Part shown: piece by piece, positions 51,011 through 64,000 of the stretch
How positions within the stretch are numbered: position 1 is the first letter of the stretch
Layout: each line of letters opens with the position of its first letter
Assembly (NCBI GenBank): GCA_051362555.1
Contig: CM120645.1
Span: forward strand, 434,001 to 498,000
Length of the DNA: 64,000 nucleotides
From: Lingula anatina
Taxonomy: Eukaryota > Animalia > Brachiopoda
Direction: 5' to 3'
Program-made: the position numbers and the translations under genes
The notes under the pieces: model-generated
What the model was told of the DNA's origin: nothing
Database searches by the model: none
Seen by the model: only the letters and a program-made list of their open reading frames with translations

Positions 51011-54000
51011 CCAACCCACAGGCAGGGGTTGAGGTTGGAAAGCAGGGCCCTTTTGGACAGATAAAGTCTGCTCTGAGTTGAAATTTATATTTAGATTCTA
51101 AAAAATTTTTCAAGTTGGGATTTTGATCAGGTATAACAAACAACAGTGACACATAATGTAAAACATTTCATGTATTTCTTACCATGTGCACTGCAGTAGA
51201 GGGCATGTGGAAGGCTTTAACATTATTTAAATATCATTAAAATATGGTCCCTAACGATTAAATCAATAACTGATTGTTTAAAAATAAGCCTCTTGCCCAC
51301 CAACACAACCATATTTGTTGAAGACAGCTCCTTCAAGGTCTTATTAAATGTAAGTGGACAGTCATTTTCTGTCTTAAAAATAGCATAGTTTGAAAATCAG
51401 TTCAGGATTTTGACGTGTGCTTTTTGTAAAGAAATATTTTGCAGGTGAGGTTCAAATTAATCACATATTTAGAAGTGACTGCTTTATTATAGTTACACCA
51501 AAATATAACCTATTCTTTGTGGCAGGTTTTCAGCAAACAACTCAGAGTATGAAAATACTTCAAGAACTGAATCATGCCAATATTGAATTCCGACTAAAGC
51601 AATAGTATTTATTAAAGGCGGAGAGAACACAAAACATCCTGGCTGACATAGAAGCACATTTTTGAAAGCACCCACTTGAAATTCTGTAATATCTTCATGG
51701 AATTGTTCACTTAATCCCTCCTTGGCCTACAAAGAGACGGCGGATCAACCTGTTGAAAGTCACCTCTGACTGTTAACAAACCCCTCGAGTGTTTTTAACA
51801 CCATTCTGATAGGCTGTCGTCTGCGAAATAATTTACCCAAATGTCTGCAATCTTGTGTAAGACATTCTTATTGAGCAGGATTTTGTTTGCAGGATTCCAC
51901 CTGCGTTATTGTCGAGGTAGTTGTTACTCACAAAACCACTTTGTGGTCAAACATTTCCCATTTGATTAAAAACTCTGATTAAATTGAAATATTTGGATCT
52001 CCTGAATGCTGTGGTATCTTTCTGTTTTGTTTAAAAAAGGGCACCCACATTAAGTCCAGGTGCGAGAAATTTTTGTTGATTCTTTTGAAATAAATACTAA
52101 TTTATTCATTTCTGTGGCACACATCCTGCCTTGATGTTTGCTGGAGAATGTTTAACTTGTGTTTCAGACGTGAGACGAAACACTGTTTACATTGTGTCAA
52201 AAATACTAATCTATTTTATTAACGTGTCAACATTTCATTTTTGCCTGTCAACCAATAAGAGGCGTATGAGAACTCTTAGTCACTTTTGCATAAGAGCTTC
52301 AGTACCTATTTTATGATAGAGAGATTTTTCCCCATTAGATGCTAGATATCTGGAAAAAAACATAGCTTTTATTAATTTTTTCACTTCTTAAATATTTAAG
52401 AAAAGCAGTAATTTATGCTACTTATCATTTGTAAAAGCCATCCCAATAATTTCATTTGGGTGTGAAGTCGCATCTTTTTACCAGTCAATAGTAATTTTTT
52501 TGCTCATCAACACCTTAATGCCTTGCTTCCTGATGATATTAGAGACATTTTGTAAAATCCATAAAAAAACTAGAAATATGTAACAACATAAATTATTTCT
52601 GACAGTCCATCTACAAATATTATCTAGATGATATTTTAATATCCACAATCATTACAGTTACAGAGAAGTTAACAATGACAATCTGGTGGTGAAATCAAGT
52701 TTTTCATCATCAGCCATCATTAATAGTGCACCAGTACTTAGTGTGATTCTTACGGTGTCTCTCTCTCTCTAATGATGTGACATTTCTTTGTAATTTAAGG
52801 ACCGTTTAGACAAGGCCTGCTTTGGGTGGACATTCATCCTGGCATTAACATGGGACTGTTTCTTCAGGCCCAGTTAAAAAGACAGGCACTGATTTAGCAA
52901 GGAGGTTCAGATAAAAAAAATAACTCAACTTGCTGAACCTAGGTGAATTTTATTTTTTAAAGATTTTTTTTTTAATTTTTGTAATTTTTTTTCACCCATT
53001 GTGGTTGAGGGGTCTGGGACCATTTGCAAATGACTCCCATGTGATACTTCTGGTATTTATGTAGTTATATTGTAGTGAGTTGGTATTATATCTAGTCTAG
53101 AGAAACATTATTGTTTACATTCTTGCCAAACTGTACATTTTAGCAAGCACGTGCTGTAGCAGAAGTTCCAATAAATATTTATTATGTTTGGCCAGAGCAC
53201 AATAAAATTTCTGGCCTTAAAGTTAAGACCTCCTCTAAATGTACAATATTTTGTGAAACTTGTCTCTGTTATATTATATGGTCATCCTGTTATGGAAATT
53301 AGTCCAATTTTTGAAGTCACCTTCCTCATAAAGTATACTTGAGATAATAATGCCCTCCAGCCAACATCATCCATCTTGAAATTCCCAGGAGAAGGATGAC
53401 CCATTCTGGTTGGAGGAAGAAATTAACCTCAGAAATTACCGCTTTCAATCACGCATTATTCATATTGCTGCGACTATAGATTGTTAATATTGTGCAGTTT
53501 TGGAAAGTTCCACTACCACACCTTTTCTTTAGGAAGAAAATCACAGGATGGTGACCTTGCCCAATGAAGGTAAAGATGGTCTGTTATTCAATAATAACCC
53601 ACAGTAATAAAGATTTTAAGACTTTCAGTCACAGTATCAAATATGCTGAAGATATGGCATCCTTTAATAAGAAATACATTAACATTGACAAACGTTTTCT
53701 TTCTTTCTTTTTTTTTTCTTTTTTGGAAAAAGATCATCCTGTTTTCTAATAGGGGAAGATCAATGAAGGAAATGGGTTTACCACAGGAGTGAGAGACTTC
53801 AGAATAGCACTAATTACTTCAACATCTGTGGAACATGGTGTAAGCGGCAGCACTGACCAAAGAAATAAGACTCCAATAACACTTTGGGCCAACTTAATAC
53901 TCATCATGAAGGCTGGAAACCCAGAGTTTTCCTGATTGAGTTAACAAATGCTTTCTGCAGGACTGCAATGACTGCAATGAGAAGAAATCTTGAGAAATAC

Positions 54001-56737
54001 ATATCTCTCTAAAAATGTTAGAAGAAAGTTAATCATGTACAGAGAATTTACGGATATCACTAATAATAAGTTTTCCGTTTTTGTTTCTTTGTGCATATGG
54101 CCATATGCTCAGGATGTCATGAATTTTAAACATTTATATATATGATTGATATTATCCAGGCATTACAATTAAATTCTTTAAATTTTGATTATCATAAAAA
54201 CCACAACTTTAAATCAAAAGATGGAAATGTGGGCAAACAGAAATTTTATTTTAGAAAAGTAAAAAATTAGGCTTATATTTCCAGGTATTCAAAGTTTTCA
54301 ATAAACATAGATGTGTTAATTAAAGTAATTTTATTACTTTTTTATATTTAATTTTTTATTATTTTTATTTTCTAATAGCTGCTTAGTTAAAAATATTATA
54401 AAAATGTCAAGAATTACCCTGATGGTTTTGAATATATAAAAAAATGACATTTTAATTTTTTTAATTTAGTTGTTTATTTATTTAGGGAGTGGAAGAGGAG
54501 GGAGGGAGAAGAGGCAATATTGTTTTTATTTCTTTTTAGAGAGGTGCATGGAAAAGATTTTGAAAAAGTCTGCAAAAGATCAAACCCAGGCAAAGCTGGC
54601 CTCAGAATGTGCAGGGCAGAGAGAGAAAGCAATGTCTGAAAACAAAAATGAAGCATGCACCTTCTGAAAACACTGGGCCTTCTTCCATCAAATGAAAGTC
54701 TTGCGTAAGGTTGACTTCTGCCATGACTTAATCTGCCTCATCTGTTGCATGCATTGAAGTAAATCTAGGCAAGCTGAACGAGGCTCTAACTCGTGCTCCA
54801 CACAGCTCCCAATGTGGAAAGCACATGATGAACTGCAAAAAATTCTCTTTTCTGGATAAAAACAGTGTTTGTGTGGTATTTAGATAGGTGGTGCACAGCC
54901 CGTTAAGCCACCCAATGTGTGTTTTCATAAAAATATTTGGGCATTCTTGGCTTGATTGTTGATAAATGTGTAAAGAAGGTCGGCAGATAGTTTGTCCTAC
55001 CAGTGTTCTCCCAGCTTGTAGAGCCATAGGAGAGAGAGAAGAAAAAAAAGAGAAATGTCACTCCAAGATGGCTAAATGACAGGAGCGTATAAGCTAGGCT
55101 CTGTTGTTCACAGCTGAAGTGAGGAAAATGGTATAACCTTTATACACAGGAAACGCGGCTCAAAAATACAGGGAGAGAGAGAGAGAGAGAGACAAGCCTG
55201 ACTGAGAGGTGTGATTAGATACACATGATGCTGTCAGTGTGGCGAATTTTCTTCTTCATTTCCTTTTTTGAAGGGATTTGTTTAAGCACATTCAGTGAAA
55301 CATATTTAGTATGGGACCTTTGAAATATGTCTTTGAGATGTTATGTATCTCTCTGAAGGTTTGGATCCCTCTGGATGGAAGTGGTGAAGACACTGAAAAA
55401 ACTTCAAACAAGATCCAAAAGATTCAAATTTGAAGAAAAAAAATTAGTATAAAAAATAAACTTAGACACACCCCTCCCTCACTGAATATAGACACACTTA
55501 AATGTTGCATGAAGATTTTTAAAATTGGATTAAATCATGAGAAATACTCAAAAGAAATGAATATTATTATTAATAATCATACAGGTAAAAACCTAGAAAG
55601 CCCCCAAAAATTACAGACATTTTGAAAGAATATTGAAAAGAACAAGGAAAGCACGGTCCCCGCACCTAGCGCGTCCCTGCCCCGCCCACGTGTGAACTGA
55701 TCTATAAATATATTAACAGCAGGCTGCTGTGTAGACCCAAACAGCAGCATTGAACTTAATGCAATCTCTCCCTACCGCATCCAGGTAACAAATTTGAAAA
55801 TAAGAAACTTAATAGACACTGTGCGTCTCCGCCACCGGTTAACTGCGTGCTAAACTTTGATTAAGATGGTCCTGTGTGATCGGTTGGGGCACGGAACACC
55901 ACTTACGGTCGATATAGTCAATACACACCATTATCTAATATTGTGGCGTTTTCGGTGAGATATTGCCAGCTACTTGGGAGATGACACGTATGGCGGTGGC
56001 AATTGGGCCCACAGCCGGTTATCTGCCTTCCCCTGTGTTTACTCTTTGGGATACGGGGAGTTTACTCTCCAAGATGACACAAAAGCCCGATTTAGACAAA
56101 TTGTTTTCCACTCTGACAAGTACCTGACATTTCTAAAGACGAGGTACAAGTTTCCGCAGAGCATTTTTTTATTAAAGGTTCTTTAAAAATATACTCGGGG
56201 AAAGGGCCGAGAAGTAGAAGCCTGTGGAATATCTAGAGTCGGGGAAAAATCTGCGGAGGTCGGAGTTACGATTCGATCTTCGATATTTTGCCTGTGATTC
56301 TTTCGTATGTTGACATGAAAGGGGATTTCAAAGGGCGTGAGAAACGATAGAAAACTAAACCTTACACAGAACCCTACATGCATAACATTCACTGACTGTA
56401 CACATCTCTATATACCAGTAGGAAAAGCTATGTCGGAGTTCTCTGTGTGTCGTCTATATTATTTGCCTTTGATGATTATACAACGTACTAACTGCTCAGT
56501 TTTCTGTATGATTGTAGTTTTTTCTTCGGATAGTCACTTTAAACACCTCTGCATAGTTATACCCCCCCCCCCCCCCGCCATAAACACACACACACACACA
56601 CACGCACGCACGCACGCACGCACACGCAGCTCTCTTCCAGGAAATGAGAAATGATGACAATTTTGGGCAGATTCATACTTTTGCAAACTTCAGAACAAAA
56701 AATCAACTGATTTTTACTTTACATGGAAAATGATGCT

Positions 56738-56780
56738 GATACAATACAATACAATACAATACAATACAATACAATACAAT
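56738..56780. repeat. (AATAC)n microsatellite
   Basis: Read directly. Confidence 0.85.
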
Positions 56781-59089
56781 AAATTTTATTTCATGTCGGT
56801 TATAAATTGAATGGAAACATTAGCTTTACAGCTATTCTCCGACTGATGACGCAGTGTGACGGAGTGCCCTGTCTTTTCTCCCTCTCCCCCTCTCTCTCTC
56901 TCTCTCTCTCCATAACCATGGTGACAGCCTGTCAAAACCAACTTGATCATAAATGAGGCATTGCTAGAATAAAATAGGCAAGTTTATTTCAATTAGAAGA
57001 AAAACTGTACAAAATGTTTGTGTTTACGAAACAAAAATCTAAAACAATCCGACCGATTCCATCATCTGAATGATCACTCATGTAAGATTTACTTTGGCAA
57101 ACAAGATGTGGAATGAGAAGAGTCTTTTTCATATATTGTTTTCAATTCCCCAAATATAAATACAAGATGCCCATTCTTCATTCCATCACCTGTGTGCAAT
57201 TAGCATCACATCTGCAAAAATATTTGCCAGCTACTAAGCAAAAGGCGAAAAATCTGGGAGAAGAATTCTTTCCTCTCTTTCCATCCTGTGGCTCAGAAAT
57301 AAAACATAATGGAAGAAGATGGATGTAAATATCTCACCAAATGGGTTACATGCGCCAATATGGAAGCAATTGGGCAAGGCCAGCGCATAAAAATGTACGT
57401 TACGCCGAAAATCTGACATTTTCTGATTAGCTGAATAAAACGTTAGTGAAAATAAGGTGATTTCGTAAGAATTAAAGAGGTTACAAGACGACCTCTCGGT
57501 GATACTGAAACATGTTTATAGTCTTTAAAGAATATCTCACATATTAACATTCAATGCATTGGACCTTACGGTTGGGTTCGAGGCAACAGGTCTTTTTTAA
57601 TAACTTCAAAGGAAATTTTCGGGAATATCAGAATTTGGAATGGGACTAAAATGGAACTGTGTGTAAGATAGGGTGGGGGTGGGGGGGGGGGGGGGTTAGG
57701 GTTCTGCACCCGTATTATTGTAATCAAGGTGATAACGAATACGCTCCGACTGATGCAAAACTTCGAGGAAGTCGTGTTTTTACACAAATAAAATCTGCGA
57801 ATTTGAACCAGCGTATTTGTAGGCCTACTTTAACCAGGATTTATCTGCTTTTGACACGATTTCAACACAGTTTCCTCAGTTTCCTTTGATCAAATATGAA
57901 ATTAATACATATGTATAATGAATGTGAATGTAGCTTCATCTTAGATTAGCTAATGCTTTTATAATAGGTTGTAACTTTTGTAAAAATGTACAAAAACCAA
58001 TAAAGATTGATTGATGTGGGCTCATTATTGCAGTTGTCTGAATGACAACTTGTTTTGAAATTTCCACGTCCAATCTTATTAATGGACACAAAATCAGCAA
58101 GAGATGCCCGATGTCTAAACTTTTTGAGCAAAATCTTTTGTTTATATTTATTTTCTCTCTCTTTGATCATGAAGACCTTTATCCTTTTTTCCTGTTTATA
58201 AAGCGAGATATTCTTAATCTGTGCATCCCGCATTATCGATATATTGGACCATCAAAATGTTTAGTGAAAACATTCACCAAACCATACGAATATTTTCTAA
58301 CAAAATCCAAGCAGCAAGAACGTTTATTTCAGACTGTGTGGACTACATGCTACATGCTGGGTCTAGGCCTACATGGAAAAAGTTTTGTAACTTTCCTCTC
58401 CTCGCTGTATCATTTTAAATCATTTTGATACAGCGAGGACATAGAATTCGGGCCTTAATTGGTGTAATTTGTAGATAAGATTTGGTATTAGAGAGTCATT
58501 GCAGTAGATAATTAGTGGGAATTTTACGATATCTCTTCCACCATGTCTAAAGCACGTCTCTTTTCTTAGAAAGCGTTACACCTGGCTATGACGTCTAAAT
58601 ATCCCAGCTTATTTATCTATTCACAAAAATAATTTGTATCAAAAGGTGCGAAATGTTCTCACTTGCGACTTTTTCTCCTTCGTTTACGTCTTCGAGGCGC
58701 GTAATTCGTATTTACTATATATCGCGTCTGCTTAGAAGACATTCAACCCCCTGACACCTAAAGTAAATACCTCAAAATGTTCAACATTGAATTATTTACT
58801 CTGCCCTAAGCCCTGTCAAGACTATTCCTTTGCCAATAGCCAGACAACAAAACACTGAAAAAGAATGCTTGTATTGCTCTCATAATCTCTTCCCCAGGTG
58901 TTGGAAAAGCCATGTAACTATGGCGATGACACGACGCGAGCTTGAGAGATACTTTAATAAAGATTCATGGCAAAGAAATTAAGATGTCAGCCACTGGAGA
59001 AAGACAAAAATGCAATAAAGTTTTCTGCCTCAGTGAACATATTAAAGGGACTTACTCGCTCTGAATATTGATAGCTTCGTCATTAATCT

Positions 59090-59679
59090 GGAAAGGGCGG
59101 GGCGAATTGTGCCGAAGTCTTGAGAACCCGGCCGAGAAATAGGCTTTCTTTGATATATTCGTTATTGCGAAGATTGAAAGTTATTTCTTCTTGAAATATT
59201 TTTTGTTGGGCGAAACAATCCACGTAATAAGTCCGCAGCTGTAAAAATGACATAATTGTTTTTCATCCATTAACCGTTAGGCCTGGGTGAAAAATTGATC
59301 TGAAACTATTTCCCTAGCTTATTTTTCATCGCCAATGCATTGAAATTAATCAACCGACTGTGTTTTACACATTTGGTTGCGCGCGGTGACCTCTGGCAGC
59401 AGGGGTCGGCCACGTGACCGCGTCAGCCAATCACAACCCGGAATTCCAATGAATAGGAATGTATTTGGAGTGCGAACGTGGGACAGAGACACAATGTTGT
59501 GATCGTTCAATTCAGACACCATCCACTCTCAAATGAGACGATAGATCAAGTCACAATGATCGCCAACGAAACTTAGAACATTATAAGTATTGTGAGATGC
59601 ACAGAGGAGTTAGTATTCGACAGTGATCGGGACTAAAAGAAGAGAAAACTTCGGCCTTCACAGCAGGACTGAATTCAAC
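59090..59679 (+). promoter_or_regulatory. CpG-enriched proximal promoter/5' UTR of the LRIG-like gene
   Basis: GC box GGGCGGGGC (~59096), E-box CACGTG (59411-59416), CCAAT (59427-59431) and ETS-like CCGGAA (~59438) upstream of the ATG at 59680. Confidence 0.5.
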
Positions 59680-62172
59680 ATGGCGGACCAGCTAAGCCAT
59701 TGGGCTTTGGCACTCATGTTGTTCTCGGCGTTATTTTGGAGTTCTATATCAGCCCAAAGTGACCCCTGTCCATCTGCTTGTGGATGTCTAGGTTCTACGG
59801 TGGATTGTAGTGATCGTGGGCTGACGGAGATTCCCCAAGATCTTCCCCAATGGGTGACTGTGTTGTAAGTAGTATTTCTGTTGTGGTTTATTATCATGGC
59901 CGATCGCTGCGTCAACTGCATACATTGGTTTACAAAGTTAGTCAGTTTTCGGTCAAAGTTGGGTATATTCTCGTCTCGTTTTCTGCTTAAGAACGTTAAT
60001 TACAGCTCATAGCTGCTTAGGGTTACAGTAGCATAAAAGGTGTACAAATACATGAAGTAGCTGAATTGTTGTGATATTTTACACATTGTAAACAATCTCC
60101 GAAAACTTATCAAATATGTATTTTCATAGACGTGAATCACCTTGCAAATTCGTCATTAGAATGAAGTTAAAAAGAGTATATTTTGGTTCAGAGTTTACTT
60201 AAACTGGTCAGATAGAAGGGTTAGCTGAGAGAGAGGAATGCTGAGAAGAGTTTTACAATTAACAAACACGGCATGAAATTGATCTGAAACAGTCTTTATT
60301 GAACGGGGCAGAGAGTTCAGCTTTCACTCCTTGTGTTATAAGTGTTATGTGGATGGAATCTAAATTCAATAAATTTGTTAAGAGATATTAAGAATATGAC
60401 AACTAGAGTGAAAACAGCCTTTTCAGCTGGACATTGATTATTTGATTATTTTTGATGACTGAGTTGACATATTTTCTGGAATCAGTGAAATGAAAAAGAA
60501 ACAAATGTCCCAGCATTGTCTACTCTCATAGCCTTTTGGTGTCTGTATAACAAGAAAAACTGTGTTTTAGATATATATACATATTATTAAAAAAATATAT
60601 ATGTAAGCTTAAAAATGTAATGAAGGATGAAAAATTAGAAATGATCAGAGTTGACAGCCCAGAGAAAAAAGATGCTAAATATTCAGGAACTGAGCACTTC
60701 AGGAAGAATGTTCTCACATATTTTAATAGACCAGCTGTTCGTCTTATCCGTCTTCTGCTTTTATCAGCTTCTCTTTACTATATAGAAATTGTCTCAGGGA
60801 TGAAAATGTGCAACTCCCATAAAAAAGTTCTTCTAATAAGTAAAAGAAAGAAAAAAATTTAAAGGGGATGTAACACCTGCAAGTAAATAGTTTCAGCAAT
60901 ATTTTTCAAGGAATATTATGTCCCTGATTATGGCGGGGTCACTGGGGCCGAGCAGGAGAAACAGCCACTCTCCAGGTGCAAAAAATAAAGGTTTCAGCTT
61001 GATTTCCCCTATGCAGCAACCATGAAAGGCTCATGGGTGATATTGTTATTGTTTTCTCACTGGTGTGGGAAGCTATTGTGTGGGGTATTCATACCAGCCA
61101 GCTGCATTGAATGGCCCCGGCTGTTGTGATACCCCAGCTCAACGCAATCCAAATGTGAGTGCCCGGGTTTGAGGGAGAGGCAGGAAACCTCTGCTCTTTT
61201 CTCTATTGGCGCTATGTTGTGTCAGCCGGAGAAGTTCTGTTTATTAAGCTGCATTCAATTCTAAGGCTCTGCCAAAAACGGCAACTACAAACATGGACTT
61301 AGGGAGAAAAATATTACATCTATTTAGCTGTGCAGCTTGGAGAATTCTGCAAAGTATTGAAGCCATGCGGCTCATCTGTACCTAGTTCCCATAGAAAAAC
61401 ACCATTCATCGCTTCTCTTGCTGCTCTTGCCTGGCCAACACATGATGGGTGTTTTTTATGGTTTCCTGAGGCCAGGATAGAGAGTATGTGTCTGTACCAC
61501 AACATGTACAGTTCAGAATGAATCAAATGAATTATACACTGTTTGCGCACTTGAGTGTGCGTGCGTGTTTGAGAGAGAGAGAGAGAAAGAGAGAGGAGTT
61601 TCACCAGTGTTGTAAACCACCTCCATGAAACATTCATTACACACTCACAGGGCCCTGATGTAAAAAATTAACACACTGTTGTCTGTGTAGTGTAGTTATA
61701 TCTTTATCCATTCTCTGGTCTCTAGAGATGTTTCATCTTGGCCAGGGAATGTGTATAATCAATGCTACTAGATGTTCCTCACTGTTCAATCCAGCCTGCA
61801 GGTGAATTGAGCAATAAATCACCACCAAATAAGTTGTTCTTCGTTAGGTCCAAATATCATCCCCAGATTGGCCATATAACTGATGCAGATGTCCTGACCC
61901 CGAGTTCTTAATAATTGAATATGCTGAAATATTCTTCTTATGGAAAATGTGAAGACGTTTTGCCTCATTTCTCACTGACAGCTTGGTTTTTTGAAAATGA
62001 TTTTAATCATGTTTGGGTAATAGGTTATTTATGGTATATTCCTTTCCATGGATGAAGTCAGTTTGTGGATATGGTTTAACAATTTTTATTTTAATTTCAG
62101 GGATATTCAAGGAAACCAGTTGTCTTATATTCCACCGACTGCATTTGAAGGTTTTCCAAATTTACGTGAATT
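59680..62172 (+). CDS. LRIG-like (leucine-rich repeat and Ig-domain) receptor, first two exons (3'-partial)
   Basis: Exon 59680-59864 encodes a signal peptide plus LRRNT CPSACGCLGSTVDCSDRGLTEIPQDLPQWVTVL, similar to the LRIG LP-x-W cap. Exon 62101-62172 is a 72-nt phase-2 single LRR, LDIQGNQLSYIPPTAFEGFPNLREL. Ig and TM parts lie outside the window, so another LRR family cannot be excluded. Confidence 0.75.
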
Positions 62173-64000
62173 GTAAGTACTGTTGTAAACTTTAAGTTAA
62201 AATGAAAATAAATGCCAAAGCATGAGGCATGTAAGTGATTACTGACACAAAATGTTGCAGAATTTATTGAAGGAGGTTTTCATGTGTTCAAAATTAACTG
62301 TTGGGAAATATTTAATCAATGCCCCCTTTATGACTCTTATCAAAGAGAATGGTATTTGTAAGTATTCTTTAATAACTTTTTATTGAAAACACAATGTATC
62401 ATTTTAACAATAGAGATTAATCCTAAAAGATGCCTTCTCTTTACGCTGGGCTATTGAAGTGTTCATTTTCCCCCCAGACCCCCTCTCTATCAAACCTTTA
62501 ATGTATTCACACATTTGTGGAAATTTCAAGTGGGATTTTCTCTGTATTGGAAGTGAACATCTGCAAGTAGGCCACACTGAATTAAAACATACAAGCACAA
62601 AGATTGTTATAAACTATTTAAAAGACCAAATGTATTGAGTCATTCATAGGGAAAACTCTTTTAATGTTTTCTGGCTTTTGTTACTGGCTTAAAGTGTGTA
62701 CTTTATATATCAATAAGTTGTGTGACAATTCAGTTGAAATGCTTGCCACCTTTATTGAAGTGTTTGGCGGTTGCAGTGTTCACCACTTCACTAACACCTG
62801 GGCGGCCACCAAGAACGTGCAGAACTTTGTTTATTGTTGTGGAGCTTGTTCCCACTTCCCCATGCTTATATATTGAAAGGGGTGGTGGTGGTTGGGGGTG
62901 GGGGGGGGGGGGGGGAGGGAGATGTATCTCTGATGTTCCAAAGAAAGGTACCTTATTCCTGTCCCTGGTTGTCAAGTTGTTGTCTAGATCTGTGTGCTCA
63001 TTCAACAGGGCTGTTTTCTATTCTACCCGGCTGTCTGGGCTCTTTGACATGCGGGGTGCTTGGTGAGCAATAAGCGAAGAGTAATCCTACCATTGAAATG
63101 CGGGGTGTGAAAAGATTGGCAGGAATAAAGGCTTAAATGGTTGTTGTTGTCACTGAGGCAGAAGTGAGTACAAAGGGGTGCAGTAAAGCATCACTTGCCC
63201 CCCTTTTGTCCCCATGTCACAGAGGACCAGGGCTTATTAAGACCAAAATATTAATTTTTTTTCCTTCTCTTCTTCTCGCCCTCTCGCCAACATCCCCCAT
63301 TGGTGTTCTTACGTCTTGGTCCTCCTCGGCTTTCTTATGTGGGTGATCTTAGAGACTACAATTACTGGATGTGATATGTGAAGGGAGGGGTCATTATTTG
63401 GCACAGTTATAGTAGGGAGGGGTTATTAGCTGGCAACCTGTACATTTCAGCAGGTGTAGAAGCATGTGGAATTATACAATGGTTGTGAAATTTGAAAAGA
63501 CAGATAGATGTTATGTAAAATTGCCATGGTTACGTCATATTGTTGGGTTAATGAAGTGATGCTCTGGGTGGTTATTACTAAGATGGGAGGTTGCTCTATG
63601 AAGACCAACGCTGGTGATGACATCTTGGTGGTGGTGTAATGACTAGTGTCATTCTGGAAGACCGAGGGAAAGTACAGCTAACCAGCACTTACATGTCATT
63701 TTAACCATGGTATCATAGATTGGGCTGAAAATTTGGGAATAATTGATGCTCCTATCAGATAATGATGCCATTCCTCTCTCCCCGTGTCCCTCCCCCCATC
63801 ATTATGTCAGTGCAGTGATAATTACACCTCACGGTTGTCTTTATAGCCTTAAAATAGACATTGGAGCTGGTTTACACTGTATGCTCATGTTAGGGCATTT
63901 CATTAGCTTAGAAAATGGGATTCTAGTTGTCTTTTGAAAGAACTGGCACTATGAATTGTGCACTGTGGGGCCCTATTGATAAAAAGCTTGTTTGTGTTCA

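Noticed and set aside
61054-61071. Paired CSL/Su(H)-like sites TTCTCAC...GTGGGAA in LRIG-like intron 1
   Set aside because: Orientation and 4-bp spacing do not match the canonical head-to-head 15-17-bp paired site, and such 7-mers are expected by chance.

Overview
AT-rich eukaryotic genomic DNA with GT-AG introns, microsatellites and non-autonomous DNA transposons. It looks like an invertebrate animal, and the repeat types suggest a mollusc or other lophotrochozoan (inference only). Six spliced genes were reconstructed by hand with consistent intron phases. (1) A secreted VWCE-like EGF protein on the - strand, 3'-partial, carrying a 1.68-kb Gln/Pro-rich exon with about 13 P-C-x(3-5)-C repeats. 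(2) An uncharacterised ~590-aa Pro/Tyr-rich and acidic helical protein (-). (3) A P4Hc-type Fe(II)/2OG dioxygenase with a TPR-like tail (+), head-to-head with gene 2. (4) A Slob/PXK-family pseudokinase with an N-terminal TM helix and C-terminal WH2 (-). (5) A DUF393/DCC1-like thiol-disulfide oxidoreductase (+), head-to-head with gene 4. (6) After ~21 kb with no recognisable genes, the first two exons of an LRIG-like LRR receptor (+). Notable non-coding structure includes two tandem arrays that multiply splice acceptor plus exon start, a 3.2-kb Helentron-type (HINE) element carrying a 146-bp satellite, several MITEs, and a dense one-strand GGAC(A) cluster. No prokaryotic systems, CRISPR arrays, rRNA or tRNA were seen. 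Family assignments come from motif recognition, not database searches.
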